From Eledone cirrhosa (taxonomy: Eukaryota), in the NCBI GenBank assembly GCA_964016885.1, contig OZ024745.1, forward strand, positions 110,856,001-110,920,000: a DNA stretch of 64,000 bases, given 5' to 3'. A model generated the notes under the pieces. That model made no database searches. It saw only the letters and a program-made list of their open reading frames with translations, and was not told the origin of the DNA. Below, piece after piece: positions 54,562 through 64,000 of the stretch. Each line of letters begins with the position of its first letter. Positions within the stretch are counted from its first letter, which is position 1. The translations under genes and the position numbers were made by a program.

Positions 54562-54750
54562 AAAAGCACCCAGCACTCACTGTAAATGAGGTTGGTGTTA
54601 GGAAGGGCATCCAGCTGTAGAAATCAAGCCAGATCAGTTCCTGTATGAGCAAGGCATGGTCAGCCGACCAGACACTGCCCACAACAGGACAACCCGTCTA
54701 ACCCATGCTAGCGTGGAAGAACAGACGTAAAACGGTGATGATGATGATGA
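54561..54750 (+). mobile_element. 5'-truncated RTE-tailed SINE
   Basis: AAAAAGCACCCAGCACTCACTGTAAATGAGGTTGGTGTTAGGAAGGGCATCCAG...CCCATGCTAGCGTGGAAGAACAGACGTAAAACGG(TGA)n. Confidence 0.85.
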
Positions 54751-57700
54751 TTGAGACACTTAATTCATAGGTTTTGTCAGGTTTAAAGAACTTTGGAGCT
54801 AAGGCACTCCCAGTTTCTCAACCAGTTGAGCTCTCTCCACCATCCCACACACATAACATGTGTGTTTGTATATATATATATCATCATCATCGTATAACTT
54901 TCGCTTTTCTTACTAGCAAGGATTGGAGAGGTCTACATAGACCACATTAGTCCTGAAGTGGGGCTACAAATCTCCCAGATAGCCCAATGTGTCTGCATCC
55001 TGCTTACATACGGTCATACTTTCTATATATATACATTAAGTATGGCCACTTACTTAAGAAATTTGATTCATTATCATGAAATCCTGGGTAAATAAATACC
55101 TTGTGATGGGAAACTGAGCTGACAGGAACTATGTGGGAGCCCATCAGATGAACTGTAGCTGTAAGTTAAAGTACCAAATTTGTCATACACTGTATCATGC
55201 TGATTCTGCTTGAGGGTTATGTTAAGGATATAAGTCTCTATAGAATGCTCAGCCACTTTCAGTATTCTTATTAAAATCAGATCGATTTACACCACACACA
55301 CCAAGACACAGACCCAGACTAAATCACCTATATTCTAACCAATATACTTTGATAACTTTAACTATAATAATCTTCTACTGATATTAATACATCTTCAAAA
55401 CAGTTCCTTTTGATATGACTACCACCATCGAATTTAGGGTAGAAGATTGGCAGAATCATTAAAGAAGCTGACAAAATACCTTGTGATATTTAGTTATAGT
55501 TATTTATGTTCTCAATCTGTTGAGGTCAACTTTGCCTTTCATCTTTCTAGGGTTAATAAAGCATAGTCAAGTACTGGGGTTAATATAATCACCTATGTGC
55601 TTCCCCAAAAATGTTTAGCCTTATGCCTATGTTAGAAATCAATATGGGAATTACCAATACTATTATCAATAAATTCTAATGCAGAGATTTTGGTAATATT
55701 TCTATAAAAGTATTTGTCTGCTTATAAACTGTATTTATCAACACATAATTTTGACAGCAGTCTTGATTGTAACATTGACCACAGACTATGATGCTGTAAT
55801 CATTAATTAAATATTGTCATTTCTTTATTTACTATCATTTATTCTTTTAATGTTCCTTTTTGCTTGTTAAATGATACTTATAATATTCTTCATTAGTATT
55901 TACCAGCCTGTTTGATATCACCCACTCTTTGTTACCTTTATGATATTGGTTATGGTCAAGTAGTCAGTGTCATCTCCTAGAAAACATTTCTTATAACACT
56001 TACATGCATGGAAAGATCAAAGAATATTGATTCCCTTCACAAGTAGCTAACTTATTGGCTTGTCTTTATCCAATACTCAGCCAATATTGCAACATTATAT
56101 TCATACACATTAACAGAAATAAGGACATCCTCCTACATCAAAATGATGCTAATGATGACAACTAATGGAACAATTCCAAAATGACGATATAGAACTATGT
56201 GAGAAAATACTTTTAATGTCACAGATTCTTTTTGCATGAGGTATTTTTTCCTAAAAGGCAATCTGTGTCAATGTCAGTAGCTAACTTTTAGTGATTCTTT
56301 TCTCTCACTTTATATTCTTAATTGTAGCTACTGCTTTTTCCTTTTAGATGTATTTAGTTGCTATTAAAGACATTTTTGATTTTTTTTTTTTTTTAGATTT
56401 TTTTTTTACTTTATTTTCTAATATTCATTCACTTCACTACCACCAGTTATTATATTTCCATCTTCCCTTATTTCTCTTTCATTTTATTTTCTCCTCCCTC
56501 TCTTCCTCATTTGTAAATATTCCTCTTTGCCAGCCTCTTTTTCTTTGCTTATCTATTTCTATTGTTTCAGAAAGATACTGGTGAGCTTTCCCATATTTGA
56601 CATGCTACAGAACATATGTATATTTCTTGAGTAGATCTTAAGAGAATAGAATACTTATGACTCAACATTCCGGTCTGATTGTTACTGACCATTATACTGA
56701 ATCTCAGAACAACTGCATGCTCTTATGAGATTTGCATTCTCTTGAACTGTTTAAGATAGAAAGTTCTAGATTCCGGCACTGTTTCCACTCACTGAACAGG
56801 TGACGATGCTGTAAACGACAAGGGATAAGTGTGCTATGATAGGGATAGACTTTGATTTAATGCTGAAGTGGGATAGATTCTCACTGATCCTAAAGTTCCG
56901 TGATGATTACAGTGGATAGAAAGTTAATGCACACATACAAGATACTGGCTCCAATTGAAAATTAGAGAGTGGCATCATTCCGCTAGCTATATTCAACAAC
57001 TGCTGTTTAGTAGATTGCTATTAGTATTTGCTTTATAATAAAATAGGCACCATATTATTGCTGCACGTGATAAAGTAGCACTAATTTAACATTGCTGCAA
57101 GCTTAAATTCTCGTGCACAAATCTGAGTAATAAATAGAGCTTTAATTTGAAGATTCATTTGTTCATATAGAAACATACCAGTACATCCAATCTCCACAAT
57201 CAAGTTTTTCTTCTTACATAACTTTCTTTGCTATTAAACTTTTTTCTTTATCACATAAAATTGAGTTTTGGTATATTAGCATAACAGAAATCCTTGGACA
57301 GCTTTTGTTATAGTTCATTACAAGTTACTTATAATTAGTTAGCAATACTTTGCAAAGTCACTCATCTGTGAGAGAAAGAAAAAGAGAAAGAGTGCACTTA
57401 GCACTTGAAGGAATTTCAAGTTCTCTAGAGGTTAAGATTCCCTCTCTAGAAATGAAATAAATAAATAAAAAGGAATAAAAGAAAAAAAATATGTTGATGA
57501 AAATGAGAAATAAAATTGATGCCAGGAATTACTTCTTACAGAAAACACCCAAATAAGTTGTTTTAAGAATTATAAGGTAAATTTATGATGGAGAATATCT
57601 TAATACAATAAATATTCATTTCATAGATTCACAATAATTTGTGTAATTTATATGATAAAAACCAAAAAAATAAAATTGCATTGTCATCTTTTTGAATTTA

Positions 57701-58025
57701 TCTTATAGAAATTTCTGTCATGGTTTTTTGACAAATTATATATTGAAATATTTATGTGAATTATTTATAGTTTTATTAAAAGCTAATATTTCCTGTATCT
57801 GTTTATTCCTCCATCCCCTTTCTCTGACTGCCTGTCTGTCTCTTTCTTTCTCTCTTTTTCTCCCCCCCCCCCCTCTCTAAATATATATATATTTGAAAAG
57901 GGCCTTTGATGAGGTCCACCACTCTGTTATCTGGTGGGTGGTCAGTGTGGATGAGTTCCTTATGAAGGCCATGCGTGGAGGTGAAACCATCAGAATGAGA
58001 GTTGGCATCATACTTCAGGCCATGA

Positions 58026-58280
58026 CAGTTTTGTTACCATATTCATTGTGTAATACACAGCCCATATATTTTAATTAATTTTAAAAATAAGGAAGAATTT
58101 AGAGGAATTTTGTAACATCACTTCTATTTTTCATTATTAAGCTAATGCTTGAGACATTACTTAACAAAATGCTTTTAAATAGAATTATGGATGCTTTAAT
58201 ATAAATATGAACACTTCAAGACAAGCAGTTTTGTATAAAACCAGATACAATTTTAGGAAAGTTGGGATCAAAAGGGTTAA
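58026..58280. mobile_element. TTAA-type MITE, diverged
   Basis: Ends GTTGGGATCAAAAGGGTTAA; internal similarity to 24025-24244. Confidence 0.55.
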
Positions 58281-58879
58281 ATTAACATTAAATGATGTAA
58301 TAGTTTGGAACTTTTAGAGAAAGTGAGTTATAAAGTCCTTGTGCTCTTGTGTGTATATGTGATTCAACTGCAAACTGTACAGATGAAGAGAGAAAGGTTA
58401 CTCCTCATGTACAACAAGCATTATTGGTTTCCAGAGAAGTAAATAACTAACCATTGCTGTGACTGAAATAAATGTTTGTTTTAGGCTGGCAGGCTGGCAG
58501 TTTGCCTTGCTGTCACAACCTTCAACATCTCTGCTCATTATTGAACAGAAAGCCATGCATTGAATCAACACTAATTTGGGAAACAAGTTCTTTTACTAAT
58601 GATGTTCAATACACAATATCTTTTTCACCCATACTACTTTTAAATGTCATCTTTTCCATCTACTTATTTCTCAGCTCCTGTAGCATAAACCTTGCAAAGT
58701 ATAAACAAAATATAATACAGTGTAGAAAGGCTTAGTTTTAAATCAATCAAAATTTAATGTAAATACAAAGAGATATTTTTTATATATATATATATAATAA
58801 AGGAATGAATAATAACATGGATCGGCTATACAGTAGGACTTATTCCAAGTATTAACAAATGTTTCATTGGTCCAGTGTG

Positions 58880-59001
<122 letters not shown>

Positions 59002-59016
59002 TTATTTAATAAAGAA

Positions 59017-59400
59017 GGGCGGTGAATTGGCAGTATCGGTAGAGGGTTGGACGCCATGCTTTCTAGCATAGTTACGTCCCTTTACAGTCTGAGTTCAAAT
59101 CCCGCCGAGGTTAACTTTGCCTTTCATCCTTACGGGGTCGATAAAATAAAGTACTAGTAATGTACTGGGTAATTGCTGGCCTTGTGCCTAAAGTAGAAAC
59201 AATTATTTAATATAGAAGGTGGATTGGCAGTGTCGGTAGAGGGTCTGACGCTATGCTTTGCAGCAAAGAGTTGCGGCCCTTTATGGTCTGAGTTCAAATC
59301 CCGCCAAGGTTCACTTTGCTTTTCATCCTTACGGGGTCGGTAAAATAAAGTACCAGTAATACACTGGATAATTGCTGGCCTTGTGCCAAAAGTAGAAACA
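59017..59400 (+). mobile_element. Head-to-tail pair of young Nin-SINEs (59017-59201, 59218-59400)
   Basis: Two nearly full copies with A and B boxes, separated and flanked by ATTATTTAATA(A/T)AGAA. Confidence 0.92.
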
Positions 59401-60850
59401 ATTATTTAATATAGAAATGGCTTCTACAGATCAATATGATCAGCTAAACTGTTGAAGGCAATTTAATAAAATAAGTCAGTTGCTTTAACTTTTGTGATTA
59501 GAAGTATCCATCAATGGGGGATCTGTATCATTGGGGCTTTTTTACTGAGAGACTTGTAACCCCAAGACAACTAGGAGAACTGGTTTGCATAGAATTAATT
59601 ATATTTCTCAGGTGCACAATAAAACACTTGCAGTGGATTTAATGCTCATGTAGAGAACTTATAAGCCACCAACTTCATTGTTTTCTGAAGTACATCAAAT
59701 TCTGCTTCAATGTTTTATTTAAGTAAAGAATATTTTGCCATTGAAAGTAAGGTAATTTTATGTGGTGTACATGTGTGTGTGTGTGTGTTCATAACATAAG
59801 CAAATATGATAAATATTGTGGATGACTTAGTATGATATTTTTGATATAGATATGATATCTGATATAGGAATAGAATATACTGTTCTAAATCTGAGATTTG
59901 CTGAAAATATGTTATGGGGATAGTTTGATAAATAAAACCATACTATAAATAGATATTCTGTCACTTTGTATTTGTAGATTTTAATCTCTAATTGTGAAAA
60001 CGTTTATATTTTTGAAATTGATATAAAATTGACTTGTTTGTTCTGATTGCCTTTAGATATCACTGGTAAAGTATTTCAGGAATTTGTTATATTAGTTGAG
60101 GGTTTGAAACTTTGAATAATAATTTAGCTAAAGCATTTCTTTTGAGATGTATCAATATATAATTAATTAGTCTAAAATAATATAATTTTGTCCTTTTGTA
60201 ATTTGGGCTTGTGCATTCTTTCTTGAAAGCCAAAAATAGGTGTGGTCTTTATTGTTTGCATGGTGTGTTATCTTCATATCATAGTAACAACCAAAATACT
60301 AAGAAGAGCAATGTTCAAATAGGTTACATCTGTAAAAGTAGTTAAACATCACTAACAACTAACAAGAATCGCTACTATATATTTAAGATTATTATCACTG
60401 CATTTGAAAAGAAAGCTTTGTGGTACATTAAAAAAAAATATTTATCTTTATTTATTTTATTTGAAGTTGTTGTCTTTGAAATTCTATTTTTGAATTATAC
60501 ATTTTTTTAAAACGATGTACTATATATTCTAGTAATATATAGTAGTAGATGATAGAAAAGTAGCCCATTAATATTTTGGTAGTAGGTGCCTAAAAACATT
60601 TCTCTGTAAAACTGATTATGTTATGAAGGATGAAAGTAAATTTGCCAAGCCAAACAAAACTAAACAGATTGGTTTAATTATATCTTGCTATTTGTATCTT
60701 ACTATCAGAATTTACATATGTTTACATATATTTGCCTTCTTTCCTAAGCCCCAATAGAAATACAAGAACAATAATTTGTTACAGATGAGCTATTGTTTTT
60801 ACTCTAAACTTTTTATCAACATCTAATCACCTTATCCCTATCTACCTTCA

Positions 60851-60945
60851 ATGTATATATGTATATATAAATATATATGTATATATATATATGTGTATAT
60901 ATGTATATATATATGTGTATATATGTATATATATATATATGTGTA

Positions 60946-60982
<37 letters not shown>

Positions 60983-61077
60983 ATATATGTATATATATAT
61001 GTGTGTATATATGTATGTGTATATATATATATATATGTATATATGTATATGTATGTATATGTATATATATATATATG

Positions 61078-61156
<79 letters not shown>

Positions 61157-61165
61157 ATATATGTA

Positions 61166-61238
<73 letters not shown>

Positions 61239-61288
61239 CATCATTTCATTTTACGTCCGCTTTTTCCCTGCTTGCAAGAGTATGTATA

Positions 61289-61343
<55 letters not shown>
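60851..61343. repeat. Interrupted (TA)n array containing a ~43-nt SINE tail remnant (61237-61279, minus)
   Basis: The remnant CATTTTACGTCCGCTTTTTCCCTGCTTGCAAG equals the 3' end of the 38527 family. Confidence 0.93.
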
Positions 61344-61344
<1 letters not shown>

Positions 61345-61349
<5 letters not shown>

Positions 61350-61531
61350 GTTTCTACTTTTGGCACAATGCCAGCAATTATCCCAGTGCATTACTGGTAC
61401 TTTATTTTATCGACCCCGTAAGGATGAAAGGCAAAGTTAACCTCGGCGGGATTTGAACTCAGATCATAAAGGGAGGTAACTCTATGCTTCAATGCATGGC
61501 ACCCGACCCTCTACCGATACTGCCAATCCAC
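61345..61531 (-). mobile_element. Young Nin-SINE
   Basis: Reverse complement of the 59017/59218 copies. Confidence 0.92.
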
Positions 61532-63082
61532 TAAGATGTGTGGTTCTTATCCAGTCACTAGTACTAAATATCAGATAGGGAGAAAATCAACTGCTCAGAG
61601 ATAGCAGACAAATTTCCTGTAAATTATTAAATGATTGTGATAGATTGTATGTTACCTGTGTATATATTTGGATTAGTTTTTAAATATGTATTATGTGGAC
61701 ACATTTTATTATGGTAAATAAAAAAAAATATATATTTTTCTAAAATCATAAAATATTGGATTTTACATTATATAAAATATGTTAATCTTGATAACTTTTG
61801 ATATAGTAACAGTTGTCTTGGAGTTAAATAATGAAATAATATGGTCTTTCAATTATGAATATGATATAAGAATGTATCTGTATAGTTGGTAATTTGTGTA
61901 TATGTATATAATCACATATACACATACCTCCAAAACACTGCATCATTTTTCATGCGTGTGTATGTGTTACTTGTTTCCAGTTTTGTTTCTTAGAATCTTT
62001 ACTATCCTTAGTTGATATATGAAGATCAGTGTGTATGTGAAAGAGGGAAAAGTGGTGGGTAGGAGAGAAGTATGTGCATCTGTTTGTTAACCAGCTATCA
62101 ACTAGATGGTTCAAATTTTAAGATATTTGAATCCTATTACATATTTTATTTCAGCTTTATTTTTAAAGTATTTCATTTTCTTTAATGTCAAATCACGTAA
62201 AATGCAAATATAATATCAACAAAAAAGATCCAATTTTTTTTTATTTTTTTTTGTAGCTGTAAGCTTAAACTAAAACATTGTAATTTAAACTCCTTTCTTA
62301 TTCCATCTCTGCTTCCTCTCACCTTCTCAGAAGCCTTACATCTTCTGTATTTCATTCAAATACAACATATATAAACCTAACAATAAATGTTTCCCTGGGT
62401 AATTTTATCAGCATCTAAACTAGATTCAGTAAACTTGAAACCACATCTCTATTACATAAAAATCCTAATGGCACTTTGTTAAACAATAGCCAGAATTGTC
62501 AGCTACTGGTATCATTCAATTTTTGTTATTTACTTAAAATGATACTTTTACCTTTTGGCAACAAGCACTTATTTCAATTTATTGATAACAAGCTTGCGTC
62601 AGTATTAGATTCCTACATTCTAAGCTACTACACCAGCAACTTAAAGTAAACCGATCTATGTAAAAAGTTAGTTCCCTGAGAAAAGAGAGTATGAAAAATA
62701 GAAATAATACAAATATTAAATTAATAGAGACGAGAGATTTATCTTATTTATTTATTTCTCATATTTCAACATGTCTTTGGAGTTTGAAAAGAACTTCCAT
62801 TTAAGATTTTAAGGTAGACATTTACTTTATTAAATCTATTGAATTGTTAACTGTAGCAAATAAATTACCACAGTCAAACAAATGTTAAATATTTAGGAAC
62901 AGCTTGAAACAATTTCACTTTTTTATTTTATTTTCTATAGTCATTATTAGACTGGGATTCAAATCATTTGTAATCAACAATATAAATGATATTCACCAAC
63001 ACTTCGATCTCTATTATCTTATATGTAGGTAACTGACATATAAGACATATTAATACATATTAATTTTATGCTATATATATAT

Positions 63083-63428
63083 ATCATCATCATCATCATC
63101 TCATTTTACATCCGCTTTTTCCCTGCTTGCAAGGGTGGGACGGGAACTGATTCTGGCTTGATTTCTACAGCTGGATGCCCTTCCTAACACCAACCTCATT
63201 TACAGTGAGTGCTGGGTGCTTTTTTGCCGTGGCACCTCCACGACCACTTTGCAGTGGAATGATATGGACCCCAGTCCCTATCATCTCATTTCTACAGCTG
63301 AGTAAACTGGAGCAATGTGAAATAAAGTGTCTTGCTCAAGGAAACAACACATCACCCGGTCTGAGAATTGAACTCACAACCTTTCGATTGCAAGGCCAAT
63401 GCTCTAACCACTAAGCCATGTGCCTCCA
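63083..63428 (-). mobile_element. Young tRNA/CORE SINE with RTE-type tail
   Basis: Near-identical to the 38527 and 50513 copies. Confidence 0.92.
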
Positions 63429-63561
63429 GAATATATATATATATATATATATTTATTTTTTATATATCTCTTGCATTACTTTTATCTATATTTTTTTTTT
63501 TTTTTTGCACGTTAAACTTTTGCCTTTCTTGAGGAGATTTTTCAAATATTTCATTTTTTTA

Positions 63562-63639
63562 AATTGCCTTGTCTGACGAACGAATGAGGACGTTTCTTGT
63601 ATTCATCTTATTCGGGAAACCTCTGGTAATGAGGTAATT
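63562..63639 (+). ncRNA. Type I hammerhead ribozyme, apparently intact
   Basis: Stem I AATTGCCTTGT (63562-72) / ATGAGGTAATT (63629-39), 11 bp with 3 G-U. Core CTGACGA 63573-79; stem II CGAATGAGG / TCTTATTCG, 9 bp with 2 G-U; GAAA 63616-19; stem III ACC-tct-GGT; cleavage triplet GUA ending at 63628. Confidence 0.85.
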
Positions 63640-63794
63640 ATATTGTATTGTTTATTATACATTATATATATATATGTTAAGAAAAACAGAAACTGTAGAA
63701 AATGTTAATAGGATTTTATCATGGAAAAACAACATTCAAAACAAACAAAAAATATATATATAGATATATATATATATACACACACGCACACATG

Positions 63795-63882
63795 ATGTCT
63801 CACTTTGATTACCTGTACAGGCAATATTTATTAGAATGCTGTTGAAGTGTGTATACATTTTTATTTTTTGTGACACCCTGTA
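63795..63882. mobile_element. Tc1/mariner terminal fragment
   Basis: Ends TTTTTTGTGACACCCTG-TA, the reverse complement of the TA-CAGGGTGTC TIR type. Confidence 0.45.
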
Positions 63883-64000
63883 TATATATATATATATAGT
63901 TCGAAATAACAAAAAACAAACAAACGCATGTTACAAGGTATTATTAGTTTCATGTTTGAGAGTGGGGGTGTGTGTATGTATGTCTGTTAGCTTAAAGTTA

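Noticed and set aside
56900-56960. GTGATGA box C-like motif (snoRNA?)
   Set aside because: No box D (CTGA) at a suitable distance and no terminal stem.

Overview
Very AT-rich, microsatellite- and SINE-laden animal DNA. The repeat families (tRNA/Nin-domain SINEs, tRNA/CORE SINEs with RTE-type tails, CR1 and RTE LINE relics, very long (TA)n arrays) point to a coleoid cephalopod, most likely an octopus (inference). The window appears to lie inside one very large + strand gene, a basonuclin/Disco-family (BNC2-like) transcription factor. One clearly conserved 239-bp coding exon (20553-20791) is present, plus a well-formed 27-nt in-frame microexon candidate (42653-42679) and two weaker micro-exon candidates. 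Almost all ORFs in the supplied track are microsatellite or repeat artefacts. The best unexplained signals are: (1) two apparently intact type I hammerhead ribozymes (3672-3723, 63562-63639) and a decayed third (~30000), all sense to the host pre-mRNA; (2) the microexon candidates; (3) a 153-bp near-perfect palindrome welded to the 5' truncation point of a SINE (54409-54561); (4) repeated SINE insertion into the same ATTATT-started target sites; (5) a 29-bp E-box/G-rich minisatellite; (6) a bipartite non-autonomous RTE element. No CRISPR array, rRNA or true tRNA gene was seen. I cannot claim a wholly new system from sequence alone; all family assignments are from recalled motifs, not searches.
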